Below are positions 27,217 through 37,922 of a DNA stretch of 64,000 nt, one piece after another. The notes below the pieces were generated by a model. The model ran no database searches. It worked only from the letters and a program-made list of their open reading frames with translations, and was not told the origin of the DNA. Origin of the DNA: a virus (taxonomy: Duplodnaviria > Caudoviricetes); IMG/VR virus record IMGVR_UViG_3300021197_000485, positions 259-64,258 of that record; one strand, written 5' to 3'. Position numbers and translations under genes: made by a program. The stretch's first letter is position 1. Every line of letters begins with the position of its first letter.

Positions 27217-29925
27217 ATGGTCAATCAACAGCCTTCACGAAATAAACGAACATCATATTTTCCAGTAAAACTTCCTATTAACACCCTTAGTGCTGGTGTT
27301 GGTAGGCAAGCTCCTACAAAGAGATTGCCTACCGAAGCAGAAGAGTTGACAAATATGTTTTGTTCCACCGAAAGGTCAATTGATAAACGTTCTGGTTTTC
27401 ACCCATTAAAGGATACATCTTTCTCTGCTTTAGGTATTACCAATATTTCTGATAAGGATTTATGGTACTATTGGTTTGAAGTTAGTGAAGATGTAAATTA
27501 TTTAATTGTTGTAGATTACAAAGCAACGGATCTTGAATCAGATCTTATGTGGGTCTTTAGTGTGGACCGTAATGATTTTAGTATACAAGCAGTTGAAACA
27601 GGGTTTGATATAGATAGAGACTGCCGAGCTTATATCACATACGGAAGTAACGTACCAGAAAATAAAGCTAAGGATGTTCTTAGGGCTGTTAGTATTGGTT
27701 CTACTGTTGTTGTATTAAATACATTAGTTCGTGCAGGATTTACTTCTGATGGTGTTGAACGAACTATAGACAGTGAGGATGGAGAAGAACAGACTGGATA
27801 CTTCTTACACAATCTTGATGGGTCTTTATCAAATGTTATAGACAATAAAGGCAAGCCAGAAACATATGAAACCACAGTTAAGGTAGATCCCGCTGGAGTA
27901 GCACAGTATTGGAATAATACTACAAACTTTACATGGGGTGAAGAAGCTATTTATGAAGACAAAATTTACAAAGTTAAATCAGATCTGGGTTCTGCTGCAT
28001 TACCCGGACCTTTTGTTGAAAGTACAGTTGGAAATCCATCATCTAGCAGCAAATGGGAAGAGGTAACTGACAGAGTTCCTGAATTTATACCGGTTGAAGA
28101 GTACATCTACCCGGATCCAGATAAATTATATTTAGGACAAGCAGTCGCAAAGTTTAGTGATTTAAGATTTCCTCCAAATGGTAATGGTACATTTGTTGAA
28201 GGAAGTTTAGGCGATACATTCTTGCATAACGGTGCCGAAGAAATGCTATCCTATCTATATCCTTTGGCTGGTCCTACAACCGATGGTTATCGAGGGCGAG
28301 GTAAGATCTATTATCTGTCTCAAGCATACTTAGCAAATGCTCCGGGTTGGTATCGTGTCGTTAACGAGGTAACTAAACCTTACCTGTCTAAAATCAGAAC
28401 TCCAGATAAGATGTCACTGTTAGATAGTAGACGAATGCCAATGCAGATTTTTATCTCTACTATTCCTTCTGATAATCTACCTAATGGGGGTTGGCGGATA
28501 CGAGAAATTGGGTGGGATCCTAGGACTGCTGGGACTTATATCAATAACCCCGGACCATCCGCATTTAGTGATGATGAAGGAGAGGCTGTTCAAAAAGAAT
28601 TAAAGGCAATTGCTTTCTATCGAGATAGGTTATTTCTTTCTACGGATGATAATTTATTTTCAAGTAAACTAGGGGATTTTGATAACTTCTTTATTACTGA
28701 TCCAGCAACAATTGAGTTTAGAGATCCTATTGACCTTAAGGTTTCTTCTAATAAGTATACACCTATTACTTGGTTAATTCCTTATAGAGATTTCCTTTTC
28801 CTCGCTACATCGGGAGAGACTCAGTACGAATTAATGGGTTCAGAGAATCAAATCTCTCCATTGTCAGCTGAGATTGCACCTACAGCTTTCTACCCAATGA
28901 CATCTGCAATACAACCTATGTTATTAAACAATAACTTATTCTTCTATGCTCATAATAGATTGTATATTTATTTTGGAAGTAGTACTGATTCGCCTCAACA
29001 AGCTTATGAGGTATCTCGATCCGCTCCTAACTATTTACCTAGAGAGTTCTGGACAGTAACCTCCTCCTCTGCACATAATACATTATTTGTTGTAGAAGAA
29101 TCTAGTGGAAACCCAACTAATAATATCTTTTGTTTTAGAAATGTTATATCACAAGATCAGATTCTTCAAAACGCTTTCTTTAAATTTGAAACATCGACTG
29201 GAAACATACAATCACTAAACGCAATGGGAGACTATTTGTTTGCGGTGACACAGGAAGAAGTTGAGGGAACACCACAACTTACTTTACAAAAGATGTATTT
29301 ATATCCAGATGATCTAGATAGACCTAGACTAGACAAACATATGATAGTGTCTGCCGAAACATCCTTTAATTCTTCTACGAATAAAACTAATTTTACAATT
29401 ACAGGTGGTTTAAACTCTTGGGATACAGGCGTTGTACGATCTGGAAATTCTATTGGTAGTATAATTAATTTAAGTTATGTAACTATTGACGGAACCGATG
29501 TGATATATGAAGCAAGTGGTGATTGGACTGGTGCAAATTCATTATGGGTTGGTTCTAAATATGAAGCAACAGCAGAGTTATCAACTTTGTTTGTTAGAGA
29601 TGAGTCTAATAATGTAATACCCGGATCCTTTAACTTAAGATATGCAGTATTCAGGCACTTTAATACTGGTCTGTATGATGTCGAGGTTTCTAGAAAACAA
29701 AGAGAGTCAGTTACGTATACATTTAATCCAAATATTTTAGGATCAGTTAGCTCTACTTTCGGAGCAGATATTCTAGATGAAAACGGTACGTTTAAGTTTA
29801 GTATACTTGGATTTACCGATGATATTACAATCAAAATCAAATCAGATTACCCCCATGCTATGAATATAACTAACATGGAATTTACCGGTAAGTTTAAGAG
29901 GCTTCCGCACTTCTTAACTTCTTAG
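27217..29925 (+). CDS. tail tubular protein B / nozzle (T7 gp12-like)
   Basis: INTL.AGV.RQ, KRSG, W..RTAG...NPGP, FYRDRL, DPID. Confidence 0.92.
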   Translation: MVNQQPSRNKRTSYFPVKLPINTLSAGVGRQAPTKRLPTEAEELTNMFCSTERSIDKRSGFHPLKDTSFSALGITNISDKDLWYYWFEVSEDVNYLIVVDYKATDLESDLMWVFSVDRNDFSIQAVETGFDIDRDCRAYITYGSNVPENKAKDVLRAVSIGSTVVVLNTLVRAGFTSDGVERTIDSEDGEEQTGYFLHNLDGSLSNVIDNKGKPETYETTVKVDPAGVAQYWNNTTNFTWGEEAIYEDKIYKVKSDLGSAALPGPFVESTVGNPSSSSKWEEVTDRVPEFIPVEEYIYPDPDKLYLGQAVAKFSDLRFPPNGNGTFVEGSLGDTFLHNGAEEMLSYLYPLAGPTTDGYRGRGKIYYLSQAYLANAPGWYRVVNEVTKPYLSKIRTPDKMSLLDSRRMPMQIFISTIPSDNLPNGGWRIREIGWDPRTAGTYINNPGPSAFSDDEGEAVQKELKAIAFYRDRLFLSTDDNLFSSKLGDFDNFFITDPATIEFRDPIDLKVSSNKYTPITWLIPYRDFLFLATSGETQYELMGSENQISPLSAEIAPTAFYPMTSAIQPMLLNNNLFFYAHNRLYIYFGSSTDSPQQAYEVSRSAPNYLPREFWTVTSSSAHNTLFVVEESSGNPTNNIFCFRNVISQDQILQNAFFKFETSTGNIQSLNAMGDYLFAVTQEEVEGTPQLTLQKMYLYPDDLDRPRLDKHMIVSAETSFNSSTNKTNFTITGGLNSWDTGVVRSGNSIGSIINLSYVTIDGTDVIYEASGDWTGANSLWVGSKYEATAELSTLFVRDESNNVIPGSFNLRYAVFRHFNTGLYDVEVSRKQRESVTYTFNPNILGSVSSTFGADILDENGTFKFSILGFTDDITIKIKSDYPHAMNITNMEFTGKFKRLPHFLTS

Positions 29926-29938
29926 AGGAGAAACACTC

Positions 29939-32900
29939 GTGGCGTATAACAACACTTCAAACAAGTCTACTTTTGTTAAAAAGACAGGCGCTGATGTAAT
30001 TAATAATAATTATGTAGTTGATTACAGTAGTCTTATTAACCCAGATGATAGACTTAGTATGTCAATAGATGATCAAGATGAAATCGTAGTCGTAAGAAAG
30101 TTTGACGAAAGTACTATTGTAGATGCAGACTTTACCTCTGCTATTACGGCAAGCGAAGCTTGGTCCGCTTATACTCTGCCAAGAGATAGTGACAGTGGAA
30201 GCCCTATGTATACTATAGATTCTGCTAATAAAACAATTACATTCTCAACTACAGCGAGTGATTGGGACTGGACTACAAGTCAAAGTGGGCGTGGTGCGGT
30301 AATTACTTTACCAAGTATAGCGTCAGGAGATACCATTTATGTTTTGCGGAAGACATATAGTTTAACAAAGCTGGTTGAGTTTACGAGTGGCTCAAGAATT
30401 AATTCAGATAACTTAAACTTTATTGTAGATCAGTTGTTGTTCTCTGTACAAGAGGCTATAGATTCTGTGTACAACCTACACGAATGGAACCCGGTTTTAG
30501 ATACGTTAAGTGGTGTCCCCAGTTTAGATAGTTCGGGGTTGTTAAGAACTAGCCAACTCAATATCAGCGCAGAAGACGGAATTCAAGGTACAGGAAAAGC
30601 AACCGATAAGATTCGATTAAACCTAGCGGACGATTCTATGGTAATTTCAGGGGAACAGGTTAAGGTTAACACGAGTGATGTCCTAACCTCTACTTCTACT
30701 ACCCAACCTTTATCTGCAAACCAAGGTAAAACATTAGATGAGAAGATAACTTCCATAGGTGGTGCTTTAGTTTACAAGGGAACCTTTGATATTTCTAGTG
30801 GCGCAGGTACTTCAGCCCCAAGCAGTCCATCAACTGGACATACTTATGATGTGGTGGGTACTGGTACGCATACAATGTCAAACTTAAACAGTCTTAGCTT
30901 AACAGCTGGAGACATCATTAGATACTCTGGATCTACTTGGGTAGAAGTTACTCAAGCAGCAACAATTAGGGCTGATGGAACTATTGCTTTAAGTGGTGAT
31001 TGGGATGCAGGATCTGCTCGAACAATTCAAGCTGAAACCGTAGCTGCAACTGACTCAAGTCGCGCTCTTGCTACTACTGCACATGTTAAGAGTTTAGATG
31101 TTGCCGACTTCAACGATGTAACGGACTATGGTGCTGGGACAAATGGACATATATTAAAGAGAATATCTGGAGCTTGGGTAAGTGTAGATCCTGATGACGG
31201 AACTAATGGTATTTCTATACATAATCTTAAGGATGTACAAGATAGCGCAGCAAGTACCGGACAATTCTTAAAGTGGACTGGGTCAACATGGGAGGCTTCT
31301 GCTGCTGGTGTCACAAACCTTGCAAATGTTTCGGCTGGTACTAATGATGGAACAACTGACGATGCTTCCTCAGTAACAACTGCATTAAATAATGCTGGTA
31401 TTGCTGGAGGATCTGCATCTACATCTTCTATTCTTGGATCCACTGATTTCCAAGGAAGACACTATGGTGTTAATAGTAGTATTGAGACTTTTACTAAGTC
31501 AGATTTTCAGTGGAGACACGGTAAATTTAACTGGACTAAGAGTAATTCCGCCAGCGATACAATGCTCAAATGCCCTAGTGAAACTAGTGTAGTTACTTAT
31601 GTAGATACTACAGCCGGATCAACCGGAGATTTATTTATTACAGTTAACTCTTCTACAAACATTCTAGCAGAAGATTTAATCCAAATTTACACTACGTCGG
31701 CAGCTGATAGCTCTAATCCTGATGTAACTAAAACAAGAACTGATGGGTCAATCAATCAATTTGAGTTACATTTTGTGGACAGAGTAGATGGAAATGTGTT
31801 GTGGTTAAAAGAACCTTTGTTACATAGTTATGCTACTGGTACAGACAATAGTCGAGTAGCTAAGAAGGGATCGTCTACAAATGCTCAGCAACAGCCTCAC
31901 GATATTATTATCGAAGACCTTGTATTTGACGATACTCTACATCATTGGTCTACAATTGCTCATAGTAGTATAGCTTTTAATCAAGCCACCTTTGGCAATA
32001 GTGACATTAGTGTTACATGGCCCGTAAATCATGGTTTAACAGACGGAGCCAAAGCAACCTTTGTTGATCTTATGATTGATCATGATAACACCAGCTCTAG
32101 TTGGTCAGCTACTCCTGAATGGGACTGGTTAAACAACAAGACTATGGCTATTGACATTGATCCAGCCACTGCTACTCTAACAGCAAATGATGGTGATGCA
32201 GCTCATGGATTAACTGCGGGGCAGAAGGTTAATATTATAAGTACTGATGGTACAAGTATAGATTACTTTGTCTCTGATACCTCAGATGGTGGGGTGGCGC
32301 ACTTAAGTGCGGTAACAGCGGGTGCAACGTTAAAGGCTACTGGTTCTATTACGGCTACTCTAACAGGAGGAGCAACAGGTATTGCTGTTGGTTTCAATGT
32401 CGGTAGTGGGGTAACCCAGAATGCTTTTCTTGTTCTTCTAAAGGCAGCAATTGAACACGCTAATGGTCATAATGGCAAGATTACGGTTAGTGCTGTACCT
32501 ACAGAAGCAGACGGAAACCAAGCTATTACGTTAACGCAGGCTGTGGAAGGAGACGGGAACACTAGTATTACAGATACCTTAGCAACCGTTACAAAAACAA
32601 ACTTTACTGGAGGAAGTACAACAGAGTTTGAAGCTAACTTTAGTGGAGGAGGAGCCGGAACTTGGGCTTCGGGTGTGAGTGGGACAGCAACTAATACTGG
32701 AAATATTCTTGGTATTATTGGAAGTAGTATTGGTGTACATATTGAGAATGGATATAGGATTTTGTTTAAGCGTTGTAGATTTAAGGGCTTTGCTCAGGGA
32801 CAGGTTAAGTTAACTGGGTGTAAGGATGTAACTTTTGAGGACTGTGAGTTCGACAGCCTTAAGTGGACAGGAACTGCGGGCAATGCAGTGGTCCTAAAGC

Positions 32901-34840
32901 AGTGTCGAGATATTGCATTTAAGGGATGTACTTTTAGGAATGTAAGTCATGGCATTGCTTATGACGGGACCGGATCCTATACTTCCCTAATGGGTCTTGT
33001 AGTCGAGAACTGTAAGTTTATTGGGGTAACATCAGGTATTCGAGATATCAATAATGGTATCTTGTGGGATGCTAAGGTGTATAACTCCGAGTTTAAATGT
33101 GTTTCCTTTAACTCTTATAGAAACTATCCTATAGCTGACACAGAAATCTATGCAACTCCTACCGCAGTAAAATTAGTTGGTATGAAAATTGACATTGATC
33201 ATTGTAATTGTGATGGTACTACTTACTGGGATAGTGTTGCGTATAGCCAAGCACCTAATCAAAGCCAAACCGCTAATTATGGAACAGGCTCTGGATGGTC
33301 TACCCGATGGAGATCTTACAGTACCCAAGATTATGAATCCAGAGATTTAACTGGTGTATTGCAACCATCTGCGGCTTACGGTATTAAGATTGTTACTACA
33401 GGTGGTTTTGATTTAGGTTTTATAAACTCAGATACAGCATGGACAACTTATACATCTGCGGTAAAGAAAGCTAATACCTGCCGAGCCGTTAATATATCAA
33501 ATTGTAATGTTAATGCATGGCTTTGTGGTATTCATATTAGTGCTGAAGTTGGTTTAGGTTCTGCAAGTAGAAATTATACTAACGGTGTTCATGTTTTAAA
33601 TAATGTAATTGAGAGTTTGTGTAATTGTGTTACCGTGTATGGCGGTCAAACAAATAATGCTGGGATTAGAAACTTTAAACTTAACGATAACTCAATTATT
33701 TTAGCTAAGACTGGTTTGGTTTCTAGATTCCCCGGTATTAGAAAGCTACAAGGTTTGTGTGGTTCGTCTGCACAAGGCTTGGTTGTTAACTGTACTACTG
33801 CCGTAGAGTATGCAGAAGGACCTGCGGTTCCTCAGTTTGCTCATGCAGTCAGATTTTGGTGTGATATTAAACAGGGGTATTTCCCAGCTGTAGATGATGA
33901 CGCAAGAACAGTTCAAAACCAAGATTTAGAATTCTTTAGAAACTCCTTTAAAATGTACGGTCCTTCTACCCAAAATACTTTAAGTAAAGAAAATTCTGAA
34001 AGCTGGGATGGGGCTGGACTTGAGCAAGACTTAATATATAACTCTACCACCACATCTTCTTTCCGTTGTAGAAGTGCAGCAGAAGAAATAACTTCTAGTA
34101 GAGAAATGGAAATACCTCAAACAGGACATAATATTATCTGGGGAAGACATACTGGCGGAGAATCTTGGAACCAATTGTTTACTGAATCTCCCAGTCGTAT
34201 AATTCCCACGGTTAAAGTTACAAGAATACAAAATACAAATAATCTTATAATTAAAGATAATACTTTCCTTAATTATTTCCAAGGGGCGATATACCATAAC
34301 CATATTTTACAACAGTACGGTTCAAGAATTGCTGGGCAGGCTACTGGGTGGGGAAGTAACGCGAGGATTTGGTATGCATCGTCATATAATCCAAACTCTG
34401 GTATGTACCCTTCTATAGGACATTCTATGATTTTAAATAACATTGTCTTAAACAGATGCACTACACATGATGATGAGGACCAAGCCGATGGCAGCGAAGT
34501 TCAGTACACACAATGTGAACCTGTTGTAAGTTGGGGAGAAACGGATTTGAATCAAGGTGTTTACTATAGATTATCTTCTATCCTTTTTGGGAAGGGTGGA
34601 CGAACGGAAACGGCTCATGAACTAGGTTTGGCTACAGTTACTACTGGGTGGAATTTACAACTGGCCGTGCAAAGCAGCACCCAGACGCCCGACCCAGAAA
34701 ATCTAAACGCAAAGAATCAATTTACAGGTAACCTATGCTATGGAAATAACTACAACCTTAGTGAAACTATGGAGAGTAGGGTAGTTAACCAATCAAATGT
34801 ATCTATTGCAAGTGGTAGTAATATTCAGATGTCAACGTAA
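29939..34840 (+). CDS. tail fiber/tailspike with T7 gp17-like N-terminus and beta-helix
   Basis: LRKT...VEFTSGSRI..DNLN...QLLFSVQE anchor; parallel beta-helix repeats (F.RC.F, F.DCEF, ISNCNV). Confidence 0.85.
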   Translation: MAYNNTSNKSTFVKKTGADVINNNYVVDYSSLINPDDRLSMSIDDQDEIVVVRKFDESTIVDADFTSAITASEAWSAYTLPRDSDSGSPMYTIDSANKTITFSTTASDWDWTTSQSGRGAVITLPSIASGDTIYVLRKTYSLTKLVEFTSGSRINSDNLNFIVDQLLFSVQEAIDSVYNLHEWNPVLDTLSGVPSLDSSGLLRTSQLNISAEDGIQGTGKATDKIRLNLADDSMVISGEQVKVNTSDVLTSTSTTQPLSANQGKTLDEKITSIGGALVYKGTFDISSGAGTSAPSSPSTGHTYDVVGTGTHTMSNLNSLSLTAGDIIRYSGSTWVEVTQAATIRADGTIALSGDWDAGSARTIQAETVAATDSSRALATTAHVKSLDVADFNDVTDYGAGTNGHILKRISGAWVSVDPDDGTNGISIHNLKDVQDSAASTGQFLKWTGSTWEASAAGVTNLANVSAGTNDGTTDDASSVTTALNNAGIAGGSASTSSILGSTDFQGRHYGVNSSIETFTKSDFQWRHGKFNWTKSNSASDTMLKCPSETSVVTYVDTTAGSTGDLFITVNSSTNILAEDLIQIYTTSAADSSNPDVTKTRTDGSINQFELHFVDRVDGNVLWLKEPLLHSYATGTDNSRVAKKGSSTNAQQQPHDIIIEDLVFDDTLHHWSTIAHSSIAFNQATFGNSDISVTWPVNHGLTDGAKATFVDLMIDHDNTSSSWSATPEWDWLNNKTMAIDIDPATATLTANDGDAAHGLTAGQKVNIISTDGTSIDYFVSDTSDGGVAHLSAVTAGATLKATGSITATLTGGATGIAVGFNVGSGVTQNAFLVLLKAAIEHANGHNGKITVSAVPTEADGNQAITLTQAVEGDGNTSITDTLATVTKTNFTGGSTTEFEANFSGGGAGTWASGVSGTATNTGNILGIIGSSIGVHIENGYRILFKRCRFKGFAQGQVKLTGCKDVTFEDCEFDSLKWTGTAGNAVVLKQCRDIAFKGCTFRNVSHGIAYDGTGSYTSLMGLVVENCKFIGVTSGIRDINNGILWDAKVYNSEFKCVSFNSYRNYPIADTEIYATPTAVKLVGMKIDIDHCNCDGTTYWDSVAYSQAPNQSQTANYGTGSGWSTRWRSYSTQDYESRDLTGVLQPSAAYGIKIVTTGGFDLGFINSDTAWTTYTSAVKKANTCRAVNISNCNVNAWLCGIHISAEVGLGSASRNYTNGVHVLNNVIESLCNCVTVYGGQTNNAGIRNFKLNDNSIILAKTGLVSRFPGIRKLQGLCGSSAQGLVVNCTTAVEYAEGPAVPQFAHAVRFWCDIKQGYFPAVDDDARTVQNQDLEFFRNSFKMYGPSTQNTLSKENSESWDGAGLEQDLIYNSTTTSSFRCRSAAEEITSSREMEIPQTGHNIIWGRHTGGESWNQLFTESPSRIIPTVKVTRIQNTNNLIIKDNTFLNYFQGAIYHNHILQQYGSRIAGQATGWGSNARIWYASSYNPNSGMYPSIGHSMILNNIVLNRCTTHDDEDQADGSEVQYTQCEPVVSWGETDLNQGVYYRLSSILFGKGGRTETAHELGLATVTTGWNLQLAVQSSTQTPDPENLNAKNQFTGNLCYGNNYNLSETMESRVVNQSNVSIASGSNIQMST

Positions 34841-34851
34841 TAGGATAATTT

Positions 34852-35067
34852 ATGAATAAAAATAAACTAAATAAGTTAAATGATTTTCTACTAGATTCAT
34901 TATTAATGGATTTAAATGACCCGCAGAAATGTACTCCGGGTTTGTATCAAGTTATTCGGGGATACCTGAATGATAACATTGAGTTATTAGATAGCATTCC
35001 TAAGGAAGCATTAGACTCTTTAGAAGCTAAGTTATCTGATAACGTCCCTTTTAAATTTGGAGGATAA
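34852..35067 (+). CDS. terminase small subunit (T7 gp18-like)
   Basis: CTPGLYQVIRGYLNDN pattern, PF near C-terminus, position. Confidence 0.75.
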   Translation: MNKNKLNKLNDFLLDSLLMDLNDPQKCTPGLYQVIRGYLNDNIELLDSIPKEALDSLEAKLSDNVPFKFGG

Positions 35068-35071
35068 GAAC

Positions 35072-35188
35072 ATGAAGAAGGCAAAGAAGACTAATCGTAA
35101 GGCTGCAAAGATGAACTCAAAGTCAAAGAATCCTAAGAAGAATGCTAAGCCTAAGGCAGGTATGAAGAAGACAATGGGTGGGTATTAA
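35072..35188 (+). CDS. tiny Lys-rich protein (38 aa)
   Basis: GGAGG SD; MKKAKKTNRKAAK...MKKTMGGY. Confidence 0.6.
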   Translation: MKKAKKTNRKAAKMNSKSKNPKKNAKPKAGMKKTMGGY

Positions 35189-35325
35189 TGGCTAAGAAAA
35201 AGAAAGCCTTTAAGAAACATACAATGTATTCTAAAGCGGGTAAAAGCAAAACGGCTAATACATATGCTGAACACCTAGCTCTTAAGAAAAAAGGATGGGG
35301 ACATAAGAAACCAGCAAAGAAGTAG
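35188..35325 (+). CDS. tiny Lys-rich protein (45 aa)
   Basis: TAATG coupling; FKKHTMY...HLALKKKGWGH. Confidence 0.65.
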   Translation: MAKKKKAFKKHTMYSKAGKSKTANTYAEHLALKKKGWGHKKPAKK

Positions 35326-35334
35326 GGGGTTAAA

Positions 35335-35625
35335 ATGGCTAAGAGAAAGAGTTCATCTAAAGGAAAGAAGAGTAAGAGTAAAGGCGCTATGAAGGGGTGT
35401 AATATTGGGAATGGGTGTAAGAGTAAAAAGGGTGGTCTGACTGCTAAGGGCAGAAGAATGATTAACCGGAAGACTGGATCTAAACTCAAAGCCCCTCAAC
35501 CGGGTGGTGGCGCTCGCAAGAAAAGTTACTGTGCTCGTTCTCTTGGGCAGATGAAGAAATTTCCTAAGGCAGCTAAGAACCCTAACAGTCGTTTACGAAA
35601 AGCTCGTAGAAGATGGAAGTGTTAA
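35335..35625 (+). CDS. basic conserved phage protein (DUF6321-like)
   Basis: GGLTAKGR, LKAP, RKKSYCARS, PNSR..ARRRWKC. Confidence 0.75.
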   Translation: MAKRKSSSKGKKSKSKGAMKGCNIGNGCKSKKGGLTAKGRRMINRKTGSKLKAPQPGGGARKKSYCARSLGQMKKFPKAAKNPNSRLRKARRRWKC

Positions 35626-35627
35626 TC

Positions 35628-35783
35628 ATGGCTAAAAAGAAAAAAGCAAAACGAGATGCATGTTACCATAAGGTAAAGAGTAGGTATACTAAATGGCCTT
35701 CTGCTTATGCTTCCGGTGCGTTAGTTAAATGCCGTAAGGTTGGAGCTAAAAACTGGGGTAATAAATCAAGGAAGAAAAAGTAA
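35628..35783 (+). CDS. tiny basic protein (51 aa)
   Basis: DACYHKVKSRY.KWPSAYASGALVKCRK. Confidence 0.7.
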   Translation: MAKKKKAKRDACYHKVKSRYTKWPSAYASGALVKCRKVGAKNWGNKSRKKK

Positions 35784-36007
35784 TGGCTAAAAAGAAAGAA
35801 GGATTAAAAAAGTGGTTTAGCCGTAACGATGGTAAGGGCTGGATTGATTGTAAGACAGGTAAGCCTTGTGGCCGAAAGTCAGCTAAGGGTAAAAGTAAGA
35901 GACCGTACCCAGCATGCCGTCCTACAAAAGCTCAATGTAACTCTTCAGCCAAACAAAAAAAGGGACCAAAGCGTATTAGCTGGAAAAAGAAAAAGGGGAA
36001 AAAGTAA
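35783..36007 (+). CDS. basic conserved phage protein
   Basis: GLKKWF, W.DCKTGKPCGR, YPACRP; TAATG coupling. Confidence 0.75.
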   Translation: MAKKKEGLKKWFSRNDGKGWIDCKTGKPCGRKSAKGKSKRPYPACRPTKAQCNSSAKQKKGPKRISWKKKKGKK

Positions 36008-36126
36008 TGGCATATAAAAAGTTTAAATGTGCGTGCGGAACTACTCAGAGTAGAACTAATAAACATGCCGTTAAGTTTGTTAATAAACCCACTAAAATGG
36101 TACACATGAAGAGAGGGAAAAAGTAA
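36007..36126 (+). CDS. tiny basic protein (39 aa)
   Basis: TAATG coupling; MAYKKFKCACG. Confidence 0.55.
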   Translation: MAYKKFKCACGTTQSRTNKHAVKFVNKPTKMVHMKRGKK

Positions 36127-36129
36127 ATA

Positions 36130-37824
36130 ATGAATATTCCTCAAGAAATGGTAGATGATTTTCGTAATCATTTATGGGCGTGTTTTAAGTATCTAGGTTT
36201 AGGAGATCCAACAGCCGCACAGTATGCAATGGCTGATGCTCTTCAGAATGGCCCAGTTGACATGCAGCTCCAAGCAGGGAGAGGGTTTGGTAAGTCGGTT
36301 ATTACAGCCTGCTTAGCTTCATGGTTCCTGTTACAAGATGCAAATACTACTATCATGGTAGTTTCTGCAACAGGTAACAAGGCAACTGAATTTATCTCCA
36401 TGACCCGTAAGATTTTAGACTTAGTCCCCTACTGTGAACATCTTCGACCGGGAGATCATACTACAGATAATGCATTTGCATTTAATGTTGAGGCTAGGAC
36501 TAAGATTGGGCAGGACAAATCTTGTTATGCTCGTGGTATTACTTCACAGATTACTGGTTCGCACGCAGACTATGTAATTGGGGATGATATTGAGATTGAA
36601 GGAAACTGTGAAACTGCTAATGCTAGAAATAAATTAATGAACAAGGTTGCAGAGTTTGAGCAGATTAGAAATGTAGGTGGTAGAGTTATATTTTTAGGTA
36701 CACCACAAATTAAAGACTCTATTTATAATCAGTTAAAGTCGGGCTATAAAGTAACAAAGTTTCCTGCGGTTATACCGGATAAAACTAACCCAACAGAATG
36801 TGAAGATGTTAATGAGTGGGTGTTAGGTTTGTCAGGAGATACCGGTGAACCCACACAACCAGAAAGATTTCCCATGGAAGTTCTTATGGAACGTATGGCT
36901 AAGATCGGTCCTAAGTTATTTGCACTCCACTATAAACTTGATACCTCATTAGCGGACTTTGAGAAGTTCCCATTACGTCTTGCTGATTTAATTGTTATTG
37001 ATGTAAATCCAGAAGTGTGTCCTGAGAAAATTGTATGGTCTTCTTCAAAACCTATGAGGGGAGTACCTTTGTTTGGTTTATCGGGAGATTTAATCTACGA
37101 ACCTATGTGGGTATCAGATAATTATATCCCTTATGTACAGAGAGTAATGTACGTCGATCCCTCGGGAAGAGGTGAGGATGAAACTGCTGTCTGTGTTGCC
37201 TCGTTTGCCAATGGGTATGTATTTATTCATGAAGTAATTGGATATTCGGGTGGGTATGAAAAGGGAATACTAAAGAAAATAGCTAGACTAGCCTACGATT
37301 ATCAAGTAAATGTAATAAGGGTTGAAAGTAACTTCGGGGATGCAATGTTTTGTCAGCTATTAGCCCCTGTTGTGTATGATATATGTGGTCAAGTAGCGAT
37401 TGAAGACTATAGGGTCAGTGGTCGCAAGGAAGCTAGAATAATTTCTGCTCTAGAACCTGTTATGTCTAGCCATAGACTGGTCTTTGACCGAAAGGCTATT
37501 TGTCAAGAAGAAACACAAAAGCAAATTACTAGAATATTCGACAAAAGAGGTGCTTTACCCAAGGATGATAGGGTAGATGTACTCTCGGCAGCGGTTTCCC
37601 ACTGGGAAGACATGCTTTCGGCAGATGTAGACTCTATTATCCAACACAATCGAGAGCAAGAACGAGTAGATTTAGTAAAAACTTGGATGGATGATGACCG
37701 AAGGATGGGCTTGTGGGGCAATAGGCTGTCTGGAGCATGCATTCTCACATCTAAGGAGCCTCCTCCTGACCCTAATAAACAACGATGGGGAGCAGGAAGG
37801 CGACAGAACAGGAAGTGGTCCTAG
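36130..37824 (+). CDS. terminase large subunit (T7 gp19-like)
   Basis: AGRGFGKS, GITSQITGSHAD..IGDDIE, LGTP, DPSGRGEDE, ESNFGD, DDRVD. Confidence 0.96.
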   Translation: MNIPQEMVDDFRNHLWACFKYLGLGDPTAAQYAMADALQNGPVDMQLQAGRGFGKSVITACLASWFLLQDANTTIMVVSATGNKATEFISMTRKILDLVPYCEHLRPGDHTTDNAFAFNVEARTKIGQDKSCYARGITSQITGSHADYVIGDDIEIEGNCETANARNKLMNKVAEFEQIRNVGGRVIFLGTPQIKDSIYNQLKSGYKVTKFPAVIPDKTNPTECEDVNEWVLGLSGDTGEPTQPERFPMEVLMERMAKIGPKLFALHYKLDTSLADFEKFPLRLADLIVIDVNPEVCPEKIVWSSSKPMRGVPLFGLSGDLIYEPMWVSDNYIPYVQRVMYVDPSGRGEDETAVCVASFANGYVFIHEVIGYSGGYEKGILKKIARLAYDYQVNVIRVESNFGDAMFCQLLAPVVYDICGQVAIEDYRVSGRKEARIISALEPVMSSHRLVFDRKAICQEETQKQITRIFDKRGALPKDDRVDVLSAAVSHWEDMLSADVDSIIQHNREQERVDLVKTWMDDDRRMGLWGNRLSGACILTSKEPPPDPNKQRWGAGRRQNRKWS

Positions 37825-37922
37825 GAAGCACTAGGATGGCGTCTAAGGGCGTTTTATTTTTACTACAGTAGGGTACTTTGGTTACCTATTAACGGCTCAT
37901 AAGAGCTATAAGGAGGCTTGTA

